Assembly: GCF_018977255.1 (NCBI RefSeq)
Contig: NW_024704743.1
Coordinates: 41,542,001 to 41,606,000, forward strand
Reading direction: 5' to 3'
Source of the DNA: Callorhinchus milii
Taxonomy: Eukaryota
Length of the DNA stretch: 64,000 bases
Part shown: positions 37,671 to 51,879 of the stretch, piece after piece
Layout of the letters: every line of letters begins with the position of its first letter
Position numbering within the stretch: the stretch's first letter is position 1
Position numbers and translations under genes: made by a program
Notes under the pieces: model-generated
What the model was told of the DNA's origin: nothing
Database searches by the model: none
Seen by the model: only the letters and a program-made list of their open reading frames with translations

Positions 37671-40600
37671 CAAGCAGTAAAATTTTAAAAAAATTAAAAA
37701 TGTAACAATTTTAGCTTAAAAATAACATTCTATCAAAATCTAGGAGTCTAAAGAAATCTAGGAGCAAAATATATCATTGGCTTTGTTGAAGACAAAGATG
37801 GCGACAATCCAGTTGGAATAGGTCAACAATATGAAAGGGAAAGCATACTCTCAAATTTGCGAGAAGAAGGTTCAGTCATCAAGGACAGCTTCCAGTCAAT
37901 AGAACATTCCTTAATTATGCCTGAAGATAATCGACTGCAGAGAATATTTTTGCCTCGCCCAAGCCTATCTTCACCTATATCCAGCTTCCAGCCCATTAGA
38001 ACAAATCACAGTTCGGAGCAGTCTGGACTGAGCCATAACTTATTTCTCTCTCTGTGACCCAAGAGATTTGTGACCAAATGTTGCACTTAACTGCAGCTCC
38101 AGCTGATTCCAGCCAACACAGCACAGACTGGGAGCCAAATCGCTCACCTATATCGGCTTGTGCTGCACTGGATCTTTCCTTTTCCCATTAGGGCCACCAT
38201 GAGAAACAGTTTGTTACTTTTACTCTCACATTTACAACATGAACAAACAATAATAAATGTGTGAATATTTTTTTCCAAAATAACTTTCAACAAACTTCAA
38301 CGGAATATCGTATGAAGCAATTTGAGACATCGTGCTGTAAAAAGGTACTGTATTCAATGGATTAAAATTGTTACCTTTCAGCTGATTAGAACTAAATTCT
38401 AAAATTGCATCTAATTGATTCGTGTTTAAATATTATATTATACAGAGCAAACAATCAGTTGCAGTGTTGAAAAGGTTACCAGTATAGCTTGTTACGTGTT
38501 GGCAAACTCTTCAATGTGTTCTGACTATTACTTAGATTGAAATGTCATAATACACTACATCAAAGAGCCACTGATTAGCTGTAATAAATCCACTTCAATA
38601 AATGAGCTGTTTAAGGAATAGGATGGTGTAGCAGTGCTATATCTAGAAAACGTGTTGTGTATGAAATGTAACTGGTAGATCTGTCCATAAATACAGTACC
38701 ACAATACCCCTCTAATATAAGAGTGCTGAGTTTGTGAGCTCTAAAACAGCACAAATTACTTTATAATACCCTTCCTAAAAGAAAAATCATATACAGCACG
38801 CTCTCCATAACATGCTTCATATTTGATTCAAAAACAGTATTGCTGAAAACTCTACCTATATTTTAATAATTTTTTATCGAATTGGGTATAGACAATGCTT
38901 TTGCGGTAATTCTCTGCTTGGAGTAAATTTACTAACATTTGGCAATTTAAAGGATAATAAGAAATCACCCATTCTGCCGAAGGTTGATAAATTTATCGAC
39001 AAGAAGAGAATAAACACTTGAGGATATATAATATTACAGGTTCGGGGACAGGGCAGTGGAATTGGATTAGAGAAGATAGCTCCAATGCAGGAGTTACAGA
39101 CATAGACAGAATGGGCTGAATGATCTTCTATCCTCTAAACTTTCCATGATTCTCTGCACCCCTCTGGAAGAGGATACAAGAGGTATCAGCATGATATAGA
39201 AACAATGCTAAAAATAAATGCTGAGTAAAGACAATTTCAGGACACAGATTTTTTCTTTACACAGAGAATACATGAAGACTATACCAGAAGAGTGGTTGAG
39301 GCCAGGACCTGGGGGGGAGTTGTGGGGGAAGGGGGTGGTGGCGGGAACTCTGCCACAATTAGAAGCTCATCACCATGCTTATGAGTATCCAAACCAGGCT
39401 GAGAGATCTACATATATATCTATATACCCATGGAAATTTGGACTTGTTGAAGAAACAGCTTAATCACAAGATCAATTTGGATGAAGAAGGCCCTCAGCAG
39501 ACCTACTCTATCATCCTCCCATCACCGCACCAAGCTGCTTTTCAAATAAGTCTGTGGTCCTGGCCTCAACGACCCTTCTTGGCAACCTGTTCCAGTAATC
39601 ACCCCCTGGGTAAAGAAAGAAAACTTGTTTCTGTCCTGAAATTGCTCTTTGCAACTCTAAATTAATGTCCTCTTTTTACTGGAATGAGAGGGCTTTAGAG
39701 AGAGATTCTGGAAAGATGAGATCAAATTACCTGAAAAGAGTTCTTCATCCAAACCTAACTTGTGATTTTAAGTTTCTTTAACAAGCAAAGGGAATGTGAG
39801 TATTTCTGATGGGTTTTGCAATAGAATTTCTGATAGTAAGTGCAATAGCAGACAATGTCAGTGGCTACATTTCTTATCAATGAAGTCTAAATTGTGAGAT
39901 GCACAATACAAGTTATAATTACTGAATTCCAGATGTGTTGCGGCCTGAACTCTACAATGCCACTCAGATTTCAATCTCAGTTTCAATTTTCTTGGTTGGG
40001 CGGAGTTCCAGGAGGTTGCGTGAAACATGTCTGGGATTCAAGGTTTAAAAATCCTTTAGCAAATCTTGCAATTTAGATTTCAATAAATTATAATGATGGG
40101 GATGAACATGCAGCTTGTAAATAGTTTAGGTAAATTCAGACCAATATTTTGGACTGTAATGCAATAATTTTGTGCATACATAATGATTCAGCAACCTTAT
40201 TGTGATAAAGATATATAATCATTCTTTACACGGAAGTAGTCATCAGAACTTTGTTATGTGGGTTTCTCTGGTTATTTTATTGGACCAGATGTGTGTGTGT
40301 GTTTGTGTGTGGGGGGTAGAAATTGATTAGCTACAATAGTGAGAAGATCTCTGATGCACCTGCAGAATTTATAAATGCCCAACCTTTATAACCAACACCA
40401 TTTAAATAACTGAAGCATGGCTGAAACAAGTACAGCTGCTGTTGTTTATTTTGCTCCTGGTTTTCATGATGGAGCAGACAGATTTACTGGGATTAGGTAG
40501 GCATATTATACCTCCAAGTCTTAAAGTGAAATGGCAATTTACAACATATTGGGAGGATGGAGGTCAATGTTAGAATCTTGACAATAAACGTAAATGATTA

Positions 40601-41084
40601 TCAAGCCTAAGAATTCACTCAACACCTTCCAAAGTGCTCAAGGTGAACAACTTCCCCAAATTGTTTTGTAAATTATATAGTTTTTGGTACCAAAGGCAAT
40701 GATTGAAATATCTGTAATTTGATTTATTGACTCTTTTCCATTCATCAAATAGTGCAACGAACAAAGAAAACTCATCAACTTGTTTTAAGAAGTTTTAACA
40801 GTTTACAAAATCTAAATCTCCAGTAAAATTGATGGATTAGTCGGTCACTGTTTAATATCCAACTAAGGCGCACACACAGAAATTGCCAGGTTCAATCCCT
40901 GATCAGTTAGCCAATTTCAGACGTAGAGAAGAGAGCAGGTTATTCACAATAATTAGGAACTGCCCCCAATGTGGATATGATAACAGCGTGGATAAATGAT
41001 CATCACACAAAACACAATTGGTTGTTAACCAAGCAATTCATCGGGATTTTTACTGTTACTATAATATCAAACTACGGCAGCCTT

Positions 41085-41372
41085 TCCCCTCCTCTGGCAT
41101 TCTCTCTCTCACTCTTGCTCTTAGTTCCTCTCTCAGATTCTGTAATTCTTTCTCTGTCTTTCCCTCTCTCACGTTGAGTCACTCTTTTTGAATCTTTTCC
41201 TCTCTTCGAGTCTCCTCCTTTCTTTCCCTGAGTCTTACATGCTATTTTTCTCTCTCTGTATCTCTTTCTTTTACTATGGTTTTCTCCTTATCTATCTGTC
41301 TCTCACTCTATCTTTGACTTTCTTTTTCACTGACTCATTTTCTCTGATTTGCTCCCCTTCTCTAACTCTACT
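41085..41372. repeat. CT-rich low-complexity tract
   Basis: Degenerate (CT)n. Confidence 0.9.
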
Positions 41373-41529
41373 ATGTATTGCTAAATAAGTTTATTTTTCT
41401 ATTCTTTATTTGTGAGATGCAGAAATGTGTAATAATGTAATAATCTTTAAATAAATATCACAGTAATAATAATAATTCTTGCCTTTGAGGATGTCTGAAA
41501 AGGCTTCACAGAGTTCACTGTAACATGGA

Positions 41530-41703
41530 AATAATTTGGTCACTCAATCCATGACTGTTTGTGAGACAATGCTGTGCGCAATTGGCTGCCGCGTTTTGCC
41601 CACAAAATACACAGAAAATTGCCTTTAAAGTATGTTCTGTGAAGCGCTTTGAGACGTCTCAAAAACTTGATAAGGCACTATATCAAAAGCAAGAATTATT
41701 ATT
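41530..41703 (+). mobile_element. SINE 3' half
   Basis: ttggtcactcaatcc...gctgtgcgcaattggctgccgcg...gtgaagcgctttgagacgtctc tail. Confidence 0.85.
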
Positions 41704-41724
41704 TTGTAGTAACTGGGTATTTTT

Positions 41725-41990
41725 TAGGTGAATGCAGCAGCTAATGTCCACACAGGAATGTCCCACATGAAGTGAATGATTGATTTTATCTGGGAGACTG
41801 TTGGCCAGGACTCTGGGAGCAACTCCCTTGTCTTTTCAAATAGTACCATGGGATTTTTAACAGACAGATGGGACCTCAGTTTTACTTTCGTCTGAAGGAT
41901 AGCAGGTCTAATAATACAGCCCTCTCCCAAAACTACATTGGAGTGTCAGCCTACACTGTGAGTTCATTGTTCTGACAGAGAGACTTGAAG
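41725..41990 (-). mobile_element. Deu-domain SINE
   Basis: Reverse Deu core ...cattggagtgtcagcc. Confidence 0.7.
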
Positions 41991-43519
41991 AAACCACATT
42001 TTTATATGTTCCAATCTCCCATAAGGAGCAACGGACAGTCAGAGAACTGTTGTGCGAGGCTATCCAAAGTGCTACCTACATAGCCAAGCTGATACCTGAT
42101 TGTAAATTTGTTAATATATGTCCTGGGGGGAAACATATTTATAGTGCATTGCTCCTTTGAGACAGATAATAAATTATATTTAAAAAAANCCTCTTCTTTC
42201 CTGGCTTCAGTTGCTTGAATTGATTTAAGTACTCAACCAGATCACTGCATGAATCTGTAGAAGTAATGGAATTGTACTTCAGGATGGGGTAAATTGTCTC
42301 AAACATGTCTGCTTGGATTGTATTTCCTCCTCAGTCTAAAGGAGTGAAGTTGGCAGGGACTATTATAAACTAATTGCACGTAGGTCAAAGGTACATGAGG
42401 CTAGGAATCTGCAAATTAAGAGAATCAGGAGAAACCATGTATCAGTGAGACAGTCTGTGTGAAGAATTTAGGTGATAAAATACATTGGATTTGGGGTCAG
42501 AATCTCTGAACTGTATAATGCCATTGAATCTCAAGCATTACCTGAAAATTGAAGAGGTTTTGTTTGCCAAAGTGTTCAGTAGCAACAGTGCCGAGCCTCC
42601 AATTCATATTCAACTGCTAGCACATTCCATTCCTGAATTATCTCTAGCAATTATTAAGGAATGATTTATTGACTGCAAGTTGTCACTAATAACAGACTAA
42701 GGACTGAACACCCCCTGACTTTGGGACAATGTTTACTCCCTTCAACTTTTAAGAATTGATACATGATCAACTTTGTGCGTAGTTTGACAAAGGACCTAAT
42801 TTTATTGATTTCTAACTGCGAGAAAGATGTTTTAACTTGTAAATGTTTATTTTAAAAGTTATTTTTAGGCCAATATTTGGCAAAGATGCAAATGAATACT
42901 TATATAGTACCTTTCACTTGAGGGGGATCTCCCTCAGTTGTCCTAGCTTGCCACGCAAGCTGAAGTTGGGAGTCAAGGCGGGTGGGAAGGGGAAAGATGA
43001 CCCAAGGTGCAGTCGAAGAGGAAGATCTTGGGATGGAATTTGAAAGAGGGGAGAGAGGGTGAGTCAGTGGGACTCCAGGATGGAGTTCCAGAGAGTGAGG
43101 TCAGATTGGTTGAAAGCCTGACTGCTGTTGATGGGGTAGGCCAGTTCCTGCTCAGTGAAGGCTGTGTTAGTACGGTTTGAGGGTTTAAAGATGCAAGAGA
43201 TCCATGCTCTACATGGTCTGATTACACTTTTCCCTTTATGCAGGGCCCATCCAATAATTAAAACCAAAGATGTTTGAATTCTGAATGGTCTAGAGGGAGA
43301 AAGCATACTCCCGAAATCAGGGATGTTCATTACCAAATCTATTAAGGACAGGTTTCAGTTACAGTTTACAGACAGACTAGTTTTTCTTGTGCCGTATCAC
43401 TCTACAAGTTTTTAAATTTTGCTTTCAACAAATAAGGAACAGAATATGTTTATAAATACAACCATCACAGAGAATAACATAGACTGTACCGCACGGAAAC
43501 TGTCCATTTACAATAATAA

Positions 43520-43757
43520 TTTACAATAATAATAATCCCTCCAAAAACCCCCAAAAAACAATAATAAAATTGGTCATTTTCAATCTACGACTGTTTGTGT
43601 GACACTGCTGTGCGCAATTGGCTGCCGCGTTCGCCCACAAATATACAGTCAATTCACTTTACAGTATATTCTGTGAAGCGCTTTGGGACGTCCTCCCGAC
43701 GTGAAAAGCGCTATATCAAATGCAAGGATTATTATTATTATTATTATTATTATTATA
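43520..43757 (+). mobile_element. Young SINE 3' half with L2-identical stem-loop, nested in a CR1 3' end
   Basis: CpGs intact, gcgctttgggacgtcctcccgacgtgaaaagcgct, long (ATT)n. Confidence 0.9.
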
Positions 43758-44352
43758 ACTAATCAGTGCCAGTAATTATAATCCACATGAATCTCCACCA
43801 ATTCCTACCCTCCTCTCATTAACCTCTATTTCCTTCTCCTTCATGTATTCATGAAATTTCTACTTGTGTATTTCTACTTGAACCATAGTTTCCAGCAGTG
43901 AGTTCCACATTCATTTGTGGGTCATTTGCATTTCGCCCACAAAATAGACAGTCAATTCACTTTACAGTATATTCTGGGAAGCGCTTTGAGATGTCTCGAA
44001 GATGTGATAAGGCACTGTATCAAATGTAAGGAATATTATTATTTCAATGCTGTATTGGGGGAATCTATTCATCAATCAGTGATCTCTTTGTTCAATGACA
44101 AATCTAACCCACCCAGTTTTCCCCTTGATGTTTCTGAATTGTTGTACAATTAAACAAATATATACATTTATATAGTGCCTTTCATGACAGGACGACATCC
44201 CAAAGCTCTTTTACTGGCTTGGTAAGCAGCTAAGGGTGGAGACGGGAAAGATGACTGAAAGCGTGGTCGTAGTGGTAGATGTTGAGACAGATTATGCTCA
44301 CTGCCTTTATTTACTGACATTTCACACAATCTATCTATATATGCTGTAATGT

Positions 44353-44388
44353 TTATTATTATTATTATTATTATTATTATATTATTAA
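44353..44388. repeat. (ATT)n microsatellite
   Basis: Direct observation. Confidence 0.95.
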
Positions 44389-46059
44389 TGTTTCACTTAT
44401 CTATTTAAGTGCATTGATGGAAGGGAGAGTAAAAATCTGAGTTCATAGAAGTGATCCTTAATTTCAAGAAATTTGATATTTTTCACAGAAAAATGACTAA
44501 ATTACATATATTACTTTGTTTACTCCACAAAGGAAATCTGAAATGTACTTCTTTCATAATCAGAAATTTTAATGCACTATAGTGTTGGAGGCATTTGGGC
44601 ACAACTCAAGAGAAAAGCACTGATACATTATTACTGTTCTATAATATCATATATTTCTGTATCACTAATGATTCCAAAGAAGGGAGGGAAGTTAATGTTA
44701 AATATCTTAACATTAATGTCAAAGATAATTTATCATTACCATTTCACTTTTGTTAACTACACTGTAATTACTGCTATAGTAATAATATTTATAGATAAAG
44801 TGATAGCAAGATTATACGCTTGGACCAAGGACTCCAGAGACAGTTTTGAACTTCCGTCACTTTCACCATTTAAAAGGTGCATTATGGTTATTCATAAGTG
44901 TTTAACGGGACATAATGGAATTGTCTGTATCTACAGAATGGATCAGTTAATATTGAAGGACAATTCTAGAATATGACCGTAAGAAAGAAAAGTGCCCTTT
45001 CACAAACTAATAGACGAATAATTATTGTCAAGTGCAGTCACTGTATTCATCTCCAGCAGCTATTCTGCACAATGCAAGGCAAGATCCCACAAACAGCCAT
45101 GAATGAAAGAACAATTAATCTGGAAGATTGTTGAGAAGGAAATTGTGACAAACTCCCTTTGTTCTTCCAAAAGAGTCATGAGAATTTTAATGTCTAGCTG
45201 AAGAAAAGATCAATATGAGCTTGGCTCATTGCTTGTTGTTTCTGTTATGCTTTGCACCTCCAATAATAGAGGGTTCCCCCAGTACAAACTAAAGCCTGAA
45301 CTTTGAGCTCAATTCCCAATGTGCTTAGCTTTAGCAGCTGGCAGAAAGATCATTGCTTCTTGAAAGGTATACCCTGCTTCCAGTATGGTAGCATTAACTT
45401 CTTCCCAGCTTCATTACAAAATTTGGCTGACCGTGCGGACTTCTTCATTGTCATTCTCCACTTTTTATGCAAAATATATGGTAGGAGCAATTAAACAGCT
45501 TGCTTCAGTCTTGGCATTGGAGAACAAAATTTCTGCAGGAAACTTGCAAATGCAATGGAAATTAGTCTCACTGCTTTTGGAGGGATCACACTGTAATACC
45601 TGCTTTGATTACTATGGTTCTGCCGGAATAGTTATAGTTTTTTTAACAGAACTTTGGCAGCAAATATAGTTGAAAAGAATTAACCAAAAAAGACATCTTT
45701 TCAAACTTTCATGCTTTTGATGTAGTTTTTGAGAAACATCAAATGGCATTTCGAATCGACTGTCATGGTGAAGCTATATATTTTATATATAGTGTAATAA
45801 AGTAAATTCTTGCATTTTATAGAATGCTTATCAAGTCAAAACATTTCAAACACTTCAGAGGAAATTGTTGTCCTGTGTACTTTCAGGCAATCTGTTCGAT
45901 CTTCTCAGGCAGGATTTAAAACATTAATTGTAACTTGAGTCTGCAAATATTAAACCATCTAATTTAAGGTATTTCCAAAGCAATGGAGTTACTTTTCTAT
46001 CCATTTAACAAAAAATTCAAATTAGGTGGCTTTCACTATTTACAAATGGAAATTGTAAA

Positions 46060-46436
46060 AATAGTAATCCTTGTATTGCATGTCAGGAGGATGTCTCAAA
46101 TCATAAGATTTACTGTAAAGTGCAGTGATTGTGTATTTTTTAAGCAAGTGCACAGTCAATTTGTGTGCAGGAATGTCCCTCAAAAAGCCATAAAGTGAAT
46201 GACCAACTTTATCTGTCAGATTATTGGCCAGAATACTGAGAGAAACTACCTTCTGTTTTCGAATAGTGTCACATAACATCTCATCCAAAGGACGGCTTCT
46301 CTAACAATGCAACTCACCCCGAGCATTATACTGGAATGTCATTTAAGATTACAGGAGTTCAAAGTCCTGACATGAGCCTTGAACCCACAGCCTTCTGACT
46401 CAGAGGCGAGAGTGCTATTAAATGAGCCAAGCTGAC
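46060..46436 (-). mobile_element. Deu-domain SINE, near full length
   Basis: Reverse head tcagcttggctcatttaatagcactctcgcctctgagtcagaagg...ggttcaagg, Deu core and tail. Confidence 0.8.
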
Positions 46437-46655
46437 AAGTTCATGTTCATAGTGAGCCTTTCGTGTTAGAAGGAAATCTTAAAACCCTTTATACAACTGG
46501 CTGGGTGCCTGCCTGACTCGGAAAGCTTCAGATTTGAGATGAGCACTTGGCTAAGCTTTGAATTTGCATTCAGATTTGTCATTTCACTCACCCATCTGAA
46601 ACCGGCTGAATTGTAATTCCTCTAATACTGACTTCAAGATGAAACCAATAAGCTA

Positions 46656-46990
46656 AATAATATTCCTTGCATTTGATATAGCGCTATATCATGTCTTCGA
46701 AACGTCTCAAAGCACTTCACAGAATATACTGTAAAGTGAATTGACTGAAAATTTTATATGCAAAATGTGGCAACCAATTGCACATAGCAGTGTCCCGCAA
46801 ACAGTCGTAGATTGAGTGACCAAATTATATTTTAAAATTTATTTTGAAGGATTTATTACCACCGGAAAAGTGATCCGCTAATCGACTAACAACTGGGTTT
46901 CTGGATAAACAGAAGCATGTGGAGTAAGGAATCAAACCCAGGATCTCTCGCTTGCGAGATGAGTGCTCTAACCACTAAGTTACAGAACTC
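46656..46990 (-). mobile_element. tRNA-derived SINE, full length
   Basis: Reverse complement of the 7894 family (A/B boxes, body, tail). Confidence 0.88.
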
Positions 46991-48367
46991 GATAAACACA
47001 AAATGAGGATTACACCTGGATCCTCAATGGTTTACTTCATTCTGTGTGCTGCCTTTACCTAGTGAGCCATCAGGGGGACTGACTCTACAATGTTATCCTC
47101 TAGTAGGAATTTTACTTACACTTAGGCTTGTAATTGCTCTTCAGTCATATGACCTTCTAAATTGAGGCTCGAAAACCTTGATTTGTTTCATTACAACAAA
47201 TTTCATAGTTGTTATCTGTATGTGACTTTGAAGGACAATTTACGAATTAATCTTACTCTCAACCTATTGCTTGCTGAGATGAATTTTACCAAATCGAACC
47301 TACTTCATAAATTCCTCAGCCATCAATGGTCCAAAAATTTCACATCCTGGGTCATTATTATACACGTACAATACTTCAATATAATGCTGACATTCTATCT
47401 AAGTTGGACCAATAAGGTCTATACATTATGGTCAACTGCAACTATCCAACCTACACCAAAAATATTTCCATATGACCCTCCTACCTGTGTTGACACACTT
47501 TTTTTTAAAATCTAGAAACAAATTAGAGAGTAAGAATGTTAACCTTGAATCTTTGTTAATTCCTAACAATTAAATCTTGAAATTAGATTATCCTGTGGCA
47601 ATGTTCAACTAACCATTAAGTCATCACCTAGGCACATTTATTGCAGTCTTTCCTTCATATAATACCTCGTGCTTGAACCTTCTATTAATTGTAGTCAGCA
47701 ACTGAATGTCTATGAGAATAAAAGAAATTAATTTGCATGGTTTGGATATCAGTGATTAATTTGGATATACACGATTCCATGAATATGTTTTTTTTAAGAA
47801 AAATCTAGAAACAACCAATGAATTTCTTTATGTTATTTATTTTTATTGGATTGAAAGATGTGTCCAACCAAATATGTATTTCTTTCAATCGTCCAACCAT
47901 TGTCCCTCTCCGTGTGGTGTCCACTCTAGGTTGACAGCCGAGTATCTGGAAAATTCTGCAATGACAACAAATGTAACTACAATGTGGCAGGTGCAGGTTC
48001 ATCCTATAGAGAAGATATACGATTACTGTGTGCTGCTTCTCTGTGACAGTCCTGGGATTTAGAGTTGGGCTGACAGGGAGATTCAGGTACAAATATTATT
48101 CTGTTGTAAAATAAGCATTGGATGGACTTTGGATTGGCCGTACTGAAAAAAATATTCGGACAGCTTTGCACGCTGATAATTCAATCACTATTAATGTCGG
48201 CACTGGCACTAGCATCCTATGAAAGCTCAATTGACAAACACTGCTCCAGGCAAACAATGGAGAATTTGGAAGAGTCTCAAGGAGAAGGGATAACAAATGT
48301 TTAAGATGCAAGAGAAGAACGATTGCGCCTCTGTGTCCCCAAGCTCTGGAACTCCCCGACTTCCATT

Positions 48368-48600
48368 TGTGGAGTGATGAAAATGTGAAAAGGCAGTCAG
48401 GTTGTGCTTACAAAGGAGTTTATTCTATAGCAGATAAAGAGTCGCTCCTCAGGAAGAGAGCAGAGAACCTATCACTTAACATCTTATATTCCTCACCGTC
48501 AGTTGTAAGACATACGATTGCATTATCTTACATGAAAACTTAGCAACCAATGAGCAAGAATTTGATAATAAATATTTCACACAGTTAAAGTATCTCAACA
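48368..48600 (-). mobile_element. Solo-LTR-like segment
   Basis: TGT...ACA ends and a minus-strand AATAAA near the 3' end; no clear TSD. Confidence 0.35.
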
Positions 48601-48999
48601 ATCCAATTTAGTTTTATAAATATGAAAAGACTTAATGCAGCAGTGAAGTGTGTGATTTTTTAAGGCAATGCAAGTGGTGGAGTCACAGCAAAATCTTAAA
48701 TAGAAATGTGAGAGATAAAGAAAATTCAGAAACACTAGTATGACAAACAAAAGGATTCAAGCAGGAAACTTAGTATAGTCACAGCCCACTTTCCAATAAA
48801 ATCTCCTTGTTGGCAGCAAACATTTGTACATGAGATATTTTATTCATGTACCTTCAGCTAAAAGGGACAGCAATATTTAGACATCATTTATTATATTTGT
48901 CTCCTGGATGATGGGTAATATTGCTGCAAACATTTTTAAAACATTGGCTTTTATTCACACTGCATTGCTATGCAATTGAAGCCTAAAACTTATCTGTAG

Positions 49000-49300
49000 T
49001 AGTAGTAATAATAATAATAATAATAATAATATATTTGATATAGCACCTTATCTCAGAGTCAAAATGTCTCAAAGCACTTCAAAGGATTTCACTGTAAAGT
49101 GTAGTAACTGCTTATTTTTAGGCACACATGGCAACGGATTTTGCACATAGCAATGTCCCACAAATGGCCATGAAGTGAATGAACAATGTTGGTTGACAGA
49201 CTGTTAACCAGAACCCTGGTAGAAAATCCCTTTCTTTTTGAATAGTAGCATGGAACCTTTAATGTTCACCTGAACATCCAGACAGGACCTTGCTTTAACA
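49000..49300 (-). mobile_element. Deu-type SINE 3' part with (AAT)n tail
   Basis: Shared tail plus catggaacctttaatgttcacctga...acaggacc body. Confidence 0.7.
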
Positions 49301-49599
49301 GAAACATTGAACTTTTGTAAACAAATGCTGGCAGTGCATATCAATTTATCACACTGATAAACAGGACTTTTAAAAGAAATTATGTTAGCATTTTAATTTA
49401 TGACTCATTTTGTCACTGATTATTAAAGTTTTTAATAAAGGAAAAGGAAGAGAAAAGCAGTCAACTGCTTAGTACATTTAATTTATCGAAATTTTTTTCC
49501 ACAAAACAGAGCAGAGAGAAATATCTCTTGACTAGCTCTTAAGTTCATGTTAAGGGTGAACAATTTCCCGCAATGAAATAGGAGAAACATTATAAGATC

Positions 49600-49810
49600 A
49601 TAATAACATAAGAATTGTTGGACAAAACAAAATCAAGGTCCACCAAGTTCGCCTTCCACCATCCTGGCAATGCATTCACTTGTCATATCCTAACCCATAT
49701 CCCAACCTATAGCCTAAGGCATTATTTCCTAAAAGAAATCTATCTAATTTGCATTTGAAAGAATCAACGCTTTCTGCTTCCACAATCTCCCAAGGGAATC
49801 CGTTCCATAA
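49600..49810 (-). mobile_element. CR1 3' end
   Basis: Matches the reverse of the 11460-11670 CR1 3' UTR; a sister copy lies at 55980-56180. Confidence 0.8.
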
Positions 49811-49917
49811 TCTCCTTAGGGAGTCTGTTCAATCCATTGTCAATGAGTTAGCACTGTTACTATCAAATGTTGCTTCTTGTTTTGACATTGGTTTCCTTAA
49901 AATTCAATGCTGAAGAT

Positions 49918-50378
49918 TCACTCCCACCCTCGCCCGACTCCACTGGCTCCCCATCACTCAGAGGATCAAATTCAAGATCGTCGTCCTCACTTTCAAGGCC
50001 ATCCATGGCCTTGCTCCCTCCTACCTCTCTAACCTGCTGACTCCCCACCAACCTGCCTGGTCCGTCCATTCAGCAGGCTCTGGCCTGCTCCATGCCTCCT
50101 GCCCGGCTGGCCCTACCATCGGCGGCCCGGCTTTTAGCCTCTCTGGAACTCCATCCCACAGTCCCTTCACCTCGCTTCCTTCCTTGCCTCCTTCAAGGCC
50201 TGTCTCAAGACACTCCTCTTCAATTATGCCTTTGGTCACCCTCCCACCTCTCTGCCTTCCCTCACCCTTACCCCAGTTCTATCCCATGTTTGGGTCCTGA
50301 CCCCTGACTGTCCAGCCCCTTGGGATGTCCTCTTGATGTGAAAGGCACTCTATAAATATAATTTTGTGGTTCTTGTTC
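49918..50378 (+). mobile_element. L2 3' end
   Basis: LARLHWLPITQRIKFKIVVLTFKAIHGLAPSYLS plus tail stem-loop. Confidence 0.92.
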
Positions 50379-51879
50379 AGTGTATTCTTCTAGTTATATC
50401 CCATTGCCCTTATGACATGCTATTAGGATAACAAATGTTTAAGATGCAAGGACTGCAGTTCAAATAATTCAGAAAGGTTGTTTGTCTTTAGTTATGAAAC
50501 TAATGGGGTGTTTAACCTTTTTTGTTCTGTTAGAAAAGTTTTAGTCACAGCTTATTTTTCCAATGTTGCTAACAATATTGCTAATTCTGGTTCTAAATTT
50601 CAAGTAAAGGTTCTCATAATACTTTCCTCCTAACCTGATGATTGAGGTGCATTCAAATGTTGTCTCCTGGCCTGGCTTTGTCTGCTTCAGATCATCTGCA
50701 CTCTCAAGGAGTTTTTTCCATTGCTCTCTTTACTTTCTCTCCCTTCTCCTCAATCCCTTTAAACATTGTGTCACTGTTTCACTTTACTGGTTCCATTCCC
50801 AGCTGAAAGAAAGTTCATTGAAACTTGCAAACATTCAGTAAGGTCTTTAATCATGTCCAGTTCCTCATCTGCTTAACCATGACTTTCATATTCAAAGCTT
50901 CATTTTCATCTCAATTGGGTGATTGCTTCACATCAGTCTGTTCCCAAGCACGCTGGTTATTGCAGGGGAAAAAAATCCTTCATTAAAATAACTTGCAGAG
51001 CCTGTGGCATCGTTTCACAGAAGGAAATGAAATACCCAGGTGATAAATAGTGTGAGATTTGAGTGTCGCAATAACATATCACTGGTTTCTCATTCACAAT
51101 AATTCGTAAAGAAGAAAGGAAAAATTATAATAACAATATTTGAACTCAGGCCATGTTTTCATATATAGCTTCTGAAAGTGCCAGTGCATCAATAACGAGC
51201 ATTAGTGGATTATAAAAGGTTAATAATATTAAACATTCCAGTAAAATCTACTGTCCTTCAAAGCGCCCTAACTCTTTCATTACTTTTTTTTGGGTGCAGC
51301 AAAGGTTAAATTATATCTTTCAGGTTCATGCCACGATTGTCCTAGATCCCGCTTCAAAAAATATGTGCTCAGGATCAAGTTAATACTCAAAGGATCAAAG
51401 TGCTTGCCAAGGTGCTTATATCTGTATTTATCCTATGTTCAGCTGATGCGCTGTTTCTATTCATGGTCATTCTCAGGCTCACATAAGCCTGCACTGCAGA
51501 CCTTTTCTTTCATTTCAGGTATTATTCCAAATTCACTACATCTGTATTTTCATCAATCTAGTCTCTTCCCACGGGAAAGCAATTTCCTTCTTCAATTGTG
51601 ATAACCCCCTGCTTCTAGTGTCTAAGGTAAAACCATTTAGTTCTGGTGTATTACCGTCAGTTGGTAATTCATAAGGTTTGGTTTCATCTCTCCAAGGGGT
51701 TATGGGCTTGGACTTACCACCTTCAAAGAACATTAGAACCAACCCTCCCTTTGCTTCCGCCTCAATTACCTACTTGACGAATCACCTGCTTTGTAAATAA
51801 CTTATTTTTTGCAATATGTTTGATGTGATCCACAATATTCTGACTGATATTTTCAGTGTCAAATTTGTTCTTACCATTC

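Noticed and set aside
40971..41388. Hydrophobic ORFs
   Set aside because: Artefact of the CT-rich low-complexity tract.
42189..42189. Single N
   Set aside because: Assembly ambiguity after a homopolymer, not biological.
47805..48311. Near-open 169-codon minus frame, or piggyBac-like C-terminus when joined to 50451
   Set aside because: No catalytic or diagnostic motif can be read without invoking several frameshifts; it would need an HMM search.
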